Positions 38,901-51,809 of a stretch of DNA of 64,000 bases are shown here, piece after piece. The notes beneath the pieces are model-generated. The model did not search any database, was not told where the DNA came from, and saw nothing but the letters and a program-made list of their open reading frames with translations. The DNA is from Balanoglossus misakiensis. Lineage: Eukaryota > Animalia > Hemichordata. The stretch spans positions 8,480,254 to 8,544,253 of the forward strand of contig CM082583.2 of the NCBI GenBank assembly GCA_040954595.2. Reading direction: 5' to 3'. The position numbers were made by a program, and so were the translations under genes. Position 1 is the stretch's first letter. Each line of letters begins with the position of its first letter.

Positions 38901-41119
38901 TTGAAATGAAAATCCTCTCTTTTTCTCGTTTTATATTCTGGGTACTTTATAAAGTGTGGCCTTCTTTTTAAAAAAATGACATTCCATAATCTATTATGCT
39001 AACGTAAAACCACACTATTTGAATATTCACATTTCTTCTGCACGTTTTTCATGATTTCAACTAACACGACGTCACCGACGTTAAATCTGGATAATTGTCT
39101 TCCATCTGATTAATCTTCAGCCTTTTACTAATATTCTCACTTGTGACGTCACGTGGCAGTGAGAAGTGACCTTACTGAACAGTCATGCAAGTCTACTTTC
39201 CGCTTACGACCATTTCTCTGTTTCTTGTCGATCAAAGCTGTCAAATTTTAAGTTTTTGAACACGTGCATTGGATTACCAAATGCACGTTTTCTAGAAAGG
39301 ATGCATGCATTATGACTGGTTTCTAATCTGCACATCATTCATGGTTATCACTCTAGCTACCAAACTAACCCCCTTTTTATCTGTACACATTTTGGATAGT
39401 TCAGCTTAATTGACGATTCAAACTATCGTGCACATGTGCTAAATCACAGCCTTAGGCTAAGTGGGTTTTTTTTTTTTGCTAAATTGTTACTTTAGAATGC
39501 ACTAATAACACTCGTTGTATGTTGTTTCGATGCAGAAAGAGATGAACGCACTTCATTTCGCCGCCATGAATGGACATACAGCGGTGGTCAAAGTTTTATT
39601 GATGCATGGATGCGACATGGACGCATCAAACAACGTAAGTGCACCATCGTCGTTCGCTCTTGGCGTTTTCATTCAGGGCGCCATGTTCGGTGTCATGATT
39701 ATTAAGAAATACATGCATTGCTGGTAGTCGAGCAAATACAATAAACACTAGTTCGTGTTGTTAATTGCACAAAACTGGTCATTTTCTACTCCACAGCAAA
39801 ACAACACAGCACTGCACTTGGCTGCGACTGGGAACCGACCGGAAGTTGTACACCAGCTTGTCAATGCCGGATGTGACGTCAACGTCGTCAATGCTGTACG
39901 TAAAATAGTGCCATCTTCGATCGATATGTTCAGATATTGCTTTCAGAGTTCAAGTGTCTTTGGCTGATTGTTACATTGGTACATGAAGAAGTGACTTGAT
40001 TTTTCTCTCCTTTCTTTCTAGAGAAACCAAACAGCCTTACACGTTGCGACAGAGAACGCACTCACAAACGTGGTTGAAACGTTACTTATTGGCGGTATCA
40101 ATGTCCACATCAAAGATAAGGTATATAAGGGAACATACGTTTTAACAATCTAAATTTTATATTTGGTTGGTTTCATAATTGGGGAGATTACGTTATATCG
40201 CTAGATCAGCATTATCGTATTTGTATGCCGGACAACAAATAAATTCGCCCCCCCCCCATGACACTTGCTATTATACTTTACTCTTATTCTTCGTGTGTTG
40301 TTGCTGACGACAGTCTGGAAGAACCGCACTACAAATGGCTGCCAGAGCCGAACATATCACTATTACAGATATGATCATCAAGGCCGACAAATATTTTATG
40401 AGGAAGGTAGGTCGAGTTCCGATGGACATCTGTCATCGAAGTTGCATTCCTTTTTAATATACGTGAAAAGCAAAACGTAGATGTAACACTCGGCAGTTGT
40501 TGTTGTTGGGATACATTGATAATTGGAGATAGGAGAGAGAGAAAGAGAGAGCAGACAGGTCAGAACTAATTTCGACCCTGTTGTCCCTTAAAGGAAATGA
40601 AAAACGAGGAGTTTCGTCGGGGCGAGGAGAAAATCCAATTTCGCAAAGACCAGAGCGAAGAGGCGGCTCAAATGCGACCGATTATCTGGAAGTTGGGTAC
40701 GCGACAGTTGCGAAAGGACGAGTGGAAGAAACTAGCCTTTGTTTGGGGGTTCACTGACGCCCATATCAAAGCCATCGAACATCAATTTACAGGCGAAAAA
40801 AGTTGGAAAGAACACAGCTACAGACTTCTACTGATATGGCTACATGGGTGTGACGAGAACCCGGTAAAGGGACTGTATGAAGGACTTGTTGGGATTGGTC
40901 GAAAAGATCTTGCCGGTAAGCCAGCTGCATAATACTAGTATACCACTTTCAGAGTCCCACGAGGCTTGGTTTATATGGGAGAACTATTTTCTAGGTTTCC
41001 TAGAGTATTTTGCGAATTTATTATTAATCGTGCTGTATTTCCGTTATTTTGCAGACCAAATACGCAGGAGGATAAATGCGCGCGCAGACGGTAATGGTGG
41101 TCGATGCTGCGTCTCCTAG
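32709..41119 (+). CDS. ANKDD1: Ankyrin repeat and death domain-containing protein (ANKDD1A/B-like), ~540 aa
   Basis: First exon 32709-32820 (or -32766; uncertain), then 33275-33378, 34200-34298, 34475-34573, 34950-35084, 37144-37242, 37415-37513, 37873-37971, 39536-39634, 39797-39895, 40022-40120, 40314-40406, 40594-40915, 41055-41119. Eight 99-nt phase-0 exons each encode one ankyrin repeat (TALH/TPLH). Death domain WKKLAFVWGFTDAHIKAIEHQFTG..SWKEHSYRLLLIWLHG. Ends RCCVS-stop. Confidence 0.88.
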
Positions 41120-44100
41120 CAACACGTATAGTCCAATGGGTGACTTGGGGGTGTATATACACACCATGAAATTTCTTATTGTCCGGTGGTCAACTTCGTG
41201 GACACTAGGAAGTAGTAGTTTTTGTCTGACGGAGTTCCATCTAATCGTGTTAAAGATCGGGTTCGCTTCAGTGGACGGTAGCGAGTCCGGTCTTGGGAAA
41301 AGTGTAACATATCTTCATCGCGATGTTGATGAATCTTTACTGCGCTGTACATGCAATCAGCTTCTCGGCTCGCAATCAATCGTGTATCATTCAAAGGTAA
41401 TTCTGTCGGCGTTTTAAAGAGGCAGCTGTTCAAGAAAATCTGCTTACCACAAAGTCCAATAGTGGACACAGTGTGAAAGGGAAAGTTGGCGTTCTCTTTG
41501 ATACGGAGGGACGAGAAATATTTAACAGTGAGACCTATTTCGATTTGCACAGGGAGTAAAGGCCTTACACGTGTACATGTACTTAAGGTCGCATGCCGTG
41601 AAACGTTTCTCGGCCTTTGGCGTTTTTGTACATACAATAATACATGTCCTGCAATACTGTTTATACTGCCAGTTTGAAGACAGAACTTCCTGCCGTGGGC
41701 GACATGTTTTATCTGTGTATGTCGCTGCCTCTGGGATATAAGTAATCACGTAGACATTGTTGCGAGCAGTCCGGCATTTTAATTACATACAAGACTTGGT
41801 CTTAGCTAGATTATTACTCAAACAATCTGAATCTTAAATGGTGGTTGTAAAACTGGTTCTTTCGTCGTGTTGGTATAGGAGAAAACTCTACTTCCACGAT
41901 TCACTAGACGTTTTACCTTTTGTTAGCTTTTTCTTATTTAATCTTCATTTTTCTTGTATTTCTACCTTTGATATTTGTATCAGTATATTTGATAGTCAAG
42001 GTCACAGTAATTTCATTGTCGACATTGCGTTAGCAATTTTACACATTTGCCTGGTTTTGTTAACACCGTACTTAAAATTCTTTTCAGATGCTATTTTTTA
42101 TATTCCGATTCGATGATTCGTCAAATGGTTTTATTAACAGCACATAACAAGTCGTGTTATTCTTACTGCGACGTCATTATGTTAATGATGTATTTTCATT
42201 GTCGGATCTGATCAAGATTGATTTATGTACTTACCGATTTTTGTACATCAAGATCATTCACTATGATATCCGATATTAACAGACGTGTTTTGAGAAATTT
42301 GTACCAGCATTTTATTTTTTAGCATTTGGGGCATTTTTTTTTTCAATTTTGTGATTAGCTTTGATATTTATTATCTAATAAAGAAGTAACGTAATTCACA
42401 TTGTCATGTCGTGTGTGTTTTGTGTTGAAGGGGAATAAGTAGAATGCCCAATTCTCATGACGTAAAGACACAACATATTTTGGTTGTGTGAAGGCTTGCT
42501 ATATCGCCATCTTGGAAATCGCATGGGGTTGTGGGATACATCCTGCCTTTTCGGCACACGGTTTCGCCTGAAAACTTCATTTTTCGGCGTCCCTCAACTT
42601 CCTTGAAGCATCATTACTTACAATCGAAAATTCATAGTCAAATAGAATAACTTAAAATTGATATGTTTCGGGGGGAAATGACAGAAAGCTGTTACTTACA
42701 GTAGAGGGTTTGCGCGATGAGAGCTGCAAGCCAGGAGAAAGGGCAGGCCTCGACTTTCCGTTTCCATAAGCAATGGTTTATGTACATTATCTCGAGTGAG
42801 GCTACCAAAATCTTGGAAAATCAAGTCCGTATCGTCACAGTCATGACCTTCACTTTCACTTAGTTGTCAGAAATTGCACTGGGTAACGAATAGGTCGCAT
42901 GATGTTTGCCCGTCAAAGACTGAGTTTCGAATGATGGAATGGCATGGCACCTCACCGACCGACCATCTGACAAATGCGCTGGCTGACAACTATCCAATCG
43001 AAATGCGTAATTCACCAGGTGCATTTTGTAAAGCTTGTGATTGGTTGCTGTGAATGAGAAGATTTTTAGCATACTAAGATAACAGATGTCGTAAGCCTGG
43101 TATACAATGACGAGGGACCTTCCTCTAGACTAGAGACAACAATATTCTTCTCATTGTCCCTGTGATTCATCCGCAAAATGGCCTTAGCGGTTGAACACAA
43201 TACCTTCTGTTGTGATGAACAATAACTGACATTTTTTAGGAAACTTTCGCCGGAGGGCGTTGATTCATTCACAAGATACAATTTCCACTGTGTCCTTAAG
43301 TTCTTCAGGCAAGAATTTGGAGCAAGGCTATTTTAGAATGTTCATCAATTCACCACTCCCATTGCTGTCCCTGGCGAGTATCCAACATTTCACTTTCCTA
43401 TTACCCATTAGACGTCGCAACGAACTTAACAATTTGAGGAACAAGGGGTGGTAAAAACGATCAGTGGGTAATTTCTCTGAAAAATGTATATTTTCCTCAA
43501 GATAAGCTTACATTTTATGATAGTAAACTGTGTACAAGAAGTTTCGCGTTGTGTTCAGAAAGGTTTGTGGGCACAAATTGGCCACGGTGCCGTGATCTCT
43601 CTGTTGGCCTATGGTCGAATTAGCTAAGTGGATCACGAACACGATGAGCTCTTGTATCCCCTTTCGGTTGCAAATGTTTCTCGCGAGACTTGCCTTCGGG
43701 GTATGGACATCAAGCCTTGGTCTAAAGAAGGCTTTGAATTCTAAGTCGACCACAAACAGCGTAACATGGTACAGTTACGTCGCTAATTACACCAATCACC
43801 ATTCCTTTTAGGAAACAATTGAGTCCTCTTTCATTGTTCGTGTACTCTTCAAAAAAACACCTGTTTGTGCTGACAATGTCAACAGCATTCTTGTCAAGAC
43901 TATACTCGCGGACACATCATGTTTTGACAATGGACGCCGCGGCCAAAAATACCGCGTAACCGTTGCCACCGACAACCGTGGTTTGCTTACGCCTTGGGGT
44001 TTTACGCGACATATAACAACTTCGGCGGTCCGTCATGGTTATGACACTTGTGCTTTTTTGTCTCAGTCGCTAAGTTCGCCCCGTTGGATTTCTCTTGAAG

Positions 44101-47100
44101 ATGTGGTGTTCAAGATTCACCGTTGTTGTCGCCTATGTTCTCCTGACTGCAGGTAACGAGTTATGACATAATTATATTTCTTTTGTTTCCGAGGTGGGGT
44201 GTTTTTCTTCGAGATTTGCGACGGGTGTACGTGATTCGCACTTATACGTGAGCAGGTGCTCAGCGTGCCAAATAACAGGTGTACACCACGGTTGACACAT
44301 TCTTTCGCTTTCTCTAAATTAACAGCGAACTTTGATCAGTGAAAATCATCACGCTTTGCCTCTGTCAGTCGTTGATCTTTACTCAGAACAGAAATTCACA
44401 AATAAGAATATTACACACCATGTGATCAACTTTAAACTACCGCTTTGTTTGATACTGCTGTATCATCGCTAACGAGCCACTTTCAACATAAAGATTTTTC
44501 TTCGATGTCACCTTTTGGTGTGATGGTGGTGCCAAACACAATGGAATAACATCTAGTCACACGCCATTTTTACAGTAGGACGTCAAACGTAAGCTCAGCA
44601 CAGTCCTTCGGTCTCAAATTTAAGATCATGTGACTAAAAAGAGTCGTTATAATGTTATCTGCTGTGGATATCGTGAATGGAGCAGGCAATAGTTCTGTTT
44701 CAATTGATTTTAGCAATGTACGATGTTTAAGTTCAACATCCAGTCTGAATTGGACTACACACCGCGATTGTTGACATCTTTTATTCTTTTTGCACAAAAT
44801 GATGGAGTGTTTACCCGACTGTAATCTTCTCCCGGCCTTTGTATGCCAAGTGTGTGTACAATATGGTCTCGGGCATAGTCGGTCTCGGGCAGTGTGCCAG
44901 TTCCACAGAACGTGTATATAGACCCTAACATGTATAGTGCAGCGGCCAATATTATCACAAAATAGAAACAAGATAAGAACACTTCGATGAAATATATGGA
45001 ATATTTCGCAGCTAAAACATACTGGTACGTATACTTCACCGTATTTCAATATCCATAAGTTGACTACATGTATATGTTTTAATTGTCACCTCCATTCTTT
45101 TTAAGAACCCACAGTCAGTACATACGAAGACATGAAGTTCGTCTTTGATGGAACTGGCTACTCGTCGCTGTCATCCCAGATAACCATACCGACCTTCGAC
45201 GCAATGTCGGTGTGTTTCTGGATGCAAACTACCGGTACCAACCTGGGCACCCCGTTCTCTTACTACGACTCCGTCAACGACGAGTTGGCCGTCTACGTCT
45301 TCAGCCACGGGGGTGCCTTGGGCATATACAGCTGCGGCACGCTGATCACGGGAGTCACTGGTAACGATGGCAACTGGAATCACGTGTGTCTGACGTGGGA
45401 GGACAGCGGACAAGTCTACTTCTACTGGAACGGCGAACAGACAGCCGAGAAGACTGGATGCATGACAAATGGGAACATCACGGGGGGCGGCTGTTTCCTG
45501 ATCGGCCAGTGGCAGACGAGTTGTACATCAAACTCGTTCCAGGCGACGGGAAGTTATTCGGGCAGTGTAGCCTTTTTCAACATATACAGCAGGGTGTTGA
45601 ACGAAACTGAGGTGGCCACATTGGCCTCTAACTGTACGGAGAACGGAAACGGCGACGTCTTGGCTTGGTCCGATATCAGTAACTCAACGCTGACAGCGGT
45701 CACCGTTGAAGATGCTGATGTTTGTCGTAAGTATTTGTATGTTTGTTTGTTTGTTTTTGTCGATTGATTGATTGATTACTTGACTGACTGACTGACTGAT
45801 TGATCGATTGATTGATTTATTCACCAGCTTGTAACGAGACAACCGCCCCCGTCGACGGCACAGTTGCAGTGACGGGCACCGGGATCAGCAGAGGTGACCA
45901 GGCAGTCTATGATTGTGATGCCGGCTACGATTTGGTCGGTGCTGATAACGCCACGTGTACGAACACCGGTTGGTCGTATGACGTACCCCAGTGTTCAGGT
46001 AAGCAATGAAGTGGTTTGAAGAAGACGCTCTGCATTTATGTCACCGGATTCTTTTCTATTGGAATTGTTGGTGAACACATGTATTTTCCTTTTATTGGTG
46101 TCAAACATTAAGGCTTATCAATTGCGGGAACGATTTTTGACAGTCACTCTTGCTCCATAACTTCAGACACCAACGAATGTTCTTCTAACAATGGTGGCTG
46201 CAACCAAACATGTGTCAACATCGACGGTTCTTATTACTGCAACTGTACAGATGGCTACGAACTGGATGCTGATGACGTTTCGTGTAATGGTAAGTCTTCT
46301 TTGGCCAATCAAGTGTTTTTCATTGATTATGTTGTGCCAAGCTGTCGTTTATTCTTTGCTCATGTTCAATTTTGCTCCAAATCTTCAGTATTGTCTCATT
46401 TTCAGACATTGAATTGTATCTAAATTATGTCTGGTTAAACGTTCGTTAAGGTTGGCCGACGTCTCCATTAAGGTTGGTCGACCTCTCTCAATCCACTCTT
46501 AGCTGCTGCATTACATGTACATATACGGCAAAGCGACATGCATTATACGGTATATGTACTATTGTTATGATTTGTTGTGTCTTAGATGTAGATGAATGCT
46601 CTGCGAACAACGGTGGCTGTGGTCAAACCTGCGTCAACACCGACGGCTCATATTCCTGCAGCTGTACAGCCGGATACGAACTGGATAACGACACCGTAAC
46701 ATGTAATGGTGAGTCTTCTCTGCAGGCCAAGCGATCTGCTACTCACACGACGAGGTCTGGCTAATGATAATTCCTAGCTTATTCAAAAGACGCCTTTCGG
46801 AAAATGTCGTTCTTCTTCGTCTGGTGTCATGGTGACAGGAGCTCATTTGAAATGAAGTGTTGTTACTTTTCAGATATAGACGACTGCTCCGATAACAACG
46901 CAGGCTGCTACCACACCTGTGTCGATGTCGGCGGGTCTTTTGAATGCGGTTGCAATGCGGGCTACGTATTGGATGACGACGGTGTCATGTGTAACCGTAA
47001 GTAACTCTTGACATTCTCTATGATAACCAAACCATCTCTACAGCATTGCCTGATAACGTAGTCTTCTGAATTATCATGTTTATCAAAAAGAGTCGGCTGC

Positions 47101-48197
47101 GAATGTAGAAAAGGGGTTTGGTATCCCAAATCGACTGATGGTGAAGACGACGATGATGATGTACATTTTTATTCCGGCCTGCCGACTTACAAAACATTGA
47201 CTGTCACAGATTGTCTATGTGTCTTTTTATGACATCGTGCAATACATGTACTTATTTCTATACTTTTTATTTTTTCCAGTTATGTCAGGATTAGGTGAGT
47301 GGCTCTTGTTTAAGGATCCAAACAAACACGATCACATCCTATTTTTTCGCGCTTCCCGGGAAAAAAAACCCTCAATATTTCCAGATGTTCCTCACGCAAA
47401 CAATTGACCTCCTTGATAAAGAATGATTGCGATTTTCCACCATGTCCACTTTTGGTTACCAGAGGGAAAGCTAACAACTGGAACAATTTTATTGCAGATT
47501 TGACAATTTCGGACGTAAATGTGACCTCTCCTGCCGATCTGGTCTATACAGCGGATCTGGATTCCTTCGTCACCTTTTACCTCGTCATAGACAACATCGG
47601 GGACACTGCCCTGGCGGCAAATGGTGCTGGAGAGAGCAATTACAACATATCCTTCTACTTCAGCCAACTGGATGACCTGGACGCCACTGGCGTGAACCAA
47701 ACTACCGAGTCGTTCCCTGTCGACCTGAACAGCGCCACCAACTTAGCCATGGGTGTAGCCGGGTCCTCGTCCCTGACGATCACCGACGTGCAAGTTCTCG
47801 TCAATGTCCCCGTCGAGAATTGCGACAGCTACAATTACGCATGCTTTCTGGTGGCGCTGTCCAGCACTCTCAGCGACACGGAGTCTGACACTACAAACAA
47901 CGATTTATGTGTCCCTTTTACCGACGGGTCTGTTGGACAGTTAACTTGCTCGGGTAAGTGGAGGAGTAGAAAAAAGAAAGTTGCACGTACATGCACTGTG
48001 GTAACTTCTGGGAAAGATGCACACACTGTTACGATAGAGTGCCTTAGAAGAGCACACCACTGATTGAATTGTCTGTGATCTCATGAGGTGTCTTGTGGTT
48101 TTGTTTTGCAGGGTCAACTCTCAGGCTGGATTGGCTTCTTGCAACTGTGTTGGCATCATTCCTAGTGTTGCACGCGCACAGAAGTTTCATGCTATGA
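44101..48197 (+). CDS. Secreted or GPI-anchored pentraxin(LamG)-sushi-3x EGF_CA protein with an uncharacterised C-terminal beta-rich domain, ~589 aa
   Basis: Exons 44101-44152 (signal peptide [17 protein letters not shown]), 45106-45726 (pentraxin: [25 protein letters not shown]), 45828-45998 (CCP), 46167-46289, 46586-46708, 46874-46996 (123-nt Ca-EGF exons), 47280-47294 (microexon), 47498-47953, 48112-48197 (hydrophobic tail). All introns phase 1; 1770 nt. AATAAA at 48323. Confidence 0.82.
45762..45817 (+). repeat. (GATT)n/(GACT)n compound microsatellite in intron
   Basis: Visible tandem 4-mers. Confidence 0.85.
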
Positions 48198-49022
48198 TTT
48201 CTACACAGATGCGCACTATATCGACGAGAACACCTGGTTACTTGAAAAGTAAAACCAGTGTGAAATAATTAACCCGAACCTATAAAAATAGGCAATATTA
48301 AATTCTTCTTCACTTTCCCTCTAATAAACAATCTTTCAAATCACAGTTTCAAGTTTAAAATTTTACAACAGTCTCCCAGTATATTTAGTGGCGCAATCAT
48401 GATGAACATATTTTTTATCGGAAAAGGTACACGACTGGGAGGAACGATTGTCATGTCGATACATTTTCATTAAATATCACTAGCGACTGAGGTTTCTGCA
48501 ATATAACATGTGCCAAAGTTTGGTGAAATTTTAACTTAGTTTCAGACTTAGAACATTATATATGTAAAAACTTGTTAACAGAATCGCTTTGAGAAAATTA
48601 AACTTTGTTTATTACTATTTTAAATGTTTGTTTCCTGGTGATAGCTGGTCTGTGGTGTACTGTTTTGAGTGGATGATGGATGTTTTGGAATATGGATGGG
48701 TGTGATGATACATGTGTTGTTGGTTGTGAACTTTGACCTCAGGGAGATCTGGTAAAGGATAATGTTAATGTCATGTACACTGTAAAATTAGCCCGTTAAA
48801 AGGGGGATGGTAAAAAATCGGTCAAATCCGGCGCAGTCTCACTCGTTCAGACCCCCCCCCCCCCTCCGGATATTATTTGGTGCACCATACAGACCAAACA
48901 AAAGAGAAATACTTTTATTGTGTGGTGGCGCTGTTCAATTGACCTTTATGCCGTGACCTTAGTGACGCTGACATTCGCCATCTTGCCGGCTGCTGTGGGC
49001 ACGTTCACAAGAATTTATCAAA

Positions 49023-49629
49023 ATGGCCCTTATTCAAAAGCTTATCGGACCTAGATATATCGAACTTGCAAGAAATTGGTAAGTTGCCATCGCAGCCTAT
49101 CTCGTAAGAGTGAAAATATGAGATTATTTGTGACATTTCCGCAAAGCAGGTCAACCGGCGTTTTCACTAGCGCCTGGCCTTCCTAACGACGCAGGCGACA
49201 CTTGCCGTCCACACAAAAATACCAGACAAAACCTCGAGCAACGGATCTCAGCTAAGGTGAATCCTGATCATGGTCCTGATTTTTTCTAGTGTTGGGGCAA
49301 ACAACATTCATTATTCGTCCATGGTGGGGGTTGTCCAAAACCCAAATTGGTTAACCACTGGCACATTACATTGCCAGGCAGAACATGGTCATGGGTATGG
49401 CACCGTGGCTGAAACCATGATGCCCCTGTGAGGTTGTACTGGCCTGTATTTGCTCATTGCTCGAGATCAACAGTAACATTGTTGTGTGATATGCTCTGTC
49501 TACAGGAGGAAGACTGGTGTGACGTGGCTGTCAATTGGTGCACTGGGAGGAGTTTGGCTCTGTGACTGGAAAGCAGTCTTAGGTTACGTGCCATTCATCA
49601 AAGACAAATACCAAAGCGATGAGGAATAG
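49023..49629 (+). CDS. UQCR11: Cytochrome b-c1 complex subunit 10 (6.4 kDa), 59 aa, 2 coding exons
   Basis: Exons 49023-49078 and 49506-49629 give MALIQKLIGPRYIELARNWEKTGVTWLSIGALGGVWLCDWKAVLGYVPFIKDKYQSDEE, matching the UQCR11 pattern GPRY.EL..NW...DW..L..VP. Absent from the ORF track because it is spliced and short. Confidence 0.93.
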
Positions 49630-50702
49630 AAAGTGGACTGTGTCTTCTCAGTATTTTTAGGTAGAAATGTATATACAAATAGGTGTGGTAATTACAACTG
49701 TCAGATCAGACTCAAAGAAACACTCACTACTAATAAATGTGGACTTATCAAACCTTTGTATACATATGCATATTTGTTTTCTAACTGACCATCCCTTATC
49801 ACTGCCAGGGGTGGGGATTATTTGATGTTGCATATGCTTCTGAAATGTTCACTAACTCTTTGATTTTTGTTTTTGTTCTTCAGCAGGGTCTGGTAGTGGT
49901 CAAATCTGGATCTAGTTCCATCAACCCGTAATAGTGGTACTTTCAAGATGCCTTCTTCAGTTGAGACTGAGAAGATTTCATCAGCATTGTCTACTAATTT
50001 GTTTTCAAACTTTGCTGCAATTGAGTGTTTTTCCCTGCGTGTTGGTACTCTTGTACAAATTGATCTGTCTGTCGAGCAATGTCAACTTCTCAATAAAGAG
50101 AAAACACAACCGTACATTGACTTGTTGTTTGAACTTAAAGAAAACAATATTTAATAAATTTGTTTTGTTTCAAAGTACACTGTTGTCTATGTCTGAGACT
50201 TCTGTAATACCATATTCCTTATAAGTGTCTCCAGGATTTCAGTGACACACCAGAAATCCAATATTCGGGTCAGAGGACAAAGTTATTATCACACATTATA
50301 CAAGTATGACTATGATGCACATTAATCAGATTTGACTAATTGAAGTCTTTGGGCCACGAATTTAGCATTATTCCATCATGATTCAATCCCATCCAAGTCT
50401 CTTGGCAGTAGCCAGTCCATCTGAGCTTATTAGTCCACCTTCGATTTAATACTGATGCCAACGTAATTTCCATCCAACAATGATGTGCTGATTCCAGATG
50501 GTCAACAGTTCACGTTTCTTTCAAAATCCCATCACCAAGCAGGTTGACTTGCACGGGGTTGACAGTTGAAACATCTCCTGAGTCGAGTGTTGTCATGGTT
50601 ACTGAACTGACATCCCCATCCATCCACAACAATCTGGTTTAAAATTCCAATTAACTGCTGGCTTACATTAACTCAACATTATCTCCAACCATCCTAGTAT
50701 TC

Positions 50703-50870
50703 TCACGACTCTGAAGACACACGTTTGTGTTCCTCTTGTTCCTGCAACTTTTTCTCCCTCGTCTCTTTGGAATACTGCACAAATATTGGTCTATAGATGT
50801 ACACACCACCAGCCACTCCAATGGCAGTCATGACGACCATTTGCATAAATGTCAGCCTTTTCCTTATCAT
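50703..50870 (-). CDS. PIGBOS1: PIGB opposite strand 1 microprotein (mitochondrial outer membrane), 55 aa
   Basis: MIRKRLTFMQMVVMTAIGVAGGVYIYRPIFVQYSKETREKKLQEQEEHKRVSSES resembles human PIGBOS1 as recalled (RRLTF.Q.....G.AGGVYI..P.F.QY.K). Lies head-to-head with PIGB. Confidence 0.9.
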   Translation of the reverse strand: MIRKRLTFMQMVVMTAIGVAGGVYIYRPIFVQYSKETREKKLQEQEEHKRVSSES

Positions 50871-50949
50871 TGTCACTTTTGTGGATGACTGCACTAATGT
50901 GCTACGCCAAGGTCACTTCGCACGGACTGTGACTGCTCAGACACCGGAA

Positions 50950-51426
50950 TTACCTTAGTTTTCTTGCAGAGCTGGGCCCCTTTCGAGCTTTCTCTACACA
51001 CGCCGGACCAGCTGACTAAGGTTTGACAATCTTGAATTTATACTCAGATTCGGTTTCGGGTTCGAGAGAAGCCAATAAATGTATAGTCGTGCACCACTGA
51101 GCCATGCATGCCGAATAATATTCACGGGATCCAAAGGTGTCCAAAGAGAAAAAGGTACTGGTAACTACTATACAGACTACAAACCGCGACGGTCGCCTAA
51201 AAATGCTAACTCTTTTCAGTCTCTCGAACCTGAACCAAAATCCAAATCCGATTCTAACTTCAGGTTCGTAATTTCAATATGGCGGCGCCCTTGATAAACT
51301 TGAATTTCGAGTCGTAGCCTGATCCTGTCTGGCTGTTTGCTGCAGTTTTCAGAAGACTAGAACCAAACAGTGTTACCGGGCATTGTTTACGAAAAAAATC
51401 AACAGTGTCGGTTTAAAATTTGCAAG
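50950..51426. promoter_or_regulatory. Bidirectional PIGBOS1/PIGB promoter with PIGB non-coding exon
   Basis: YY1-like AATATGGCGGC ~51276-51286; plus-strand donor AAG|GTAAGT at 51426; minus-strand donor AAG|GTAATT ~50953; CCAAT ~51072; CpG-rich. Confidence 0.6.
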
Positions 51427-51809
51427 GTAAGTACTGTATATTTGATGTAATCTCCCCATCATCGATCAATACGAGCATTGCAAATTTGATTTATTGACAT
51501 ATACATCAATTTCCAGTGGTGACGCTAAATGTCTTGCAGAACACATATTGCACCATATTCCCAAAGAAAGTGAAAGCGAAAATGTAGTTATTTTGTGCCT
51601 ATCTTCATGTTAATTCTCGGCTCAAGCTTATGTGTTGCACGATACAATTTACCACAATAACACAAGACGAAACAGAGACTGCGAATATTAACACTCTTTG
51701 TTCTTTGTCTTGTGTATTATGCCAGCTTGCTCGACGACGAGTGACAGCGCTTCTCATAAAACACTTACAGTAATCGACAGAGAAAGAAGCCGACCAAGCA
51801 GCATTAACA

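Noticed and set aside
44570-45049. 159-aa and 94-aa minus-strand ORFs in the first intron of the pentraxin gene
   Set aside because: No domain or coding bias; the sequence looks like an intronic interspersed repeat.
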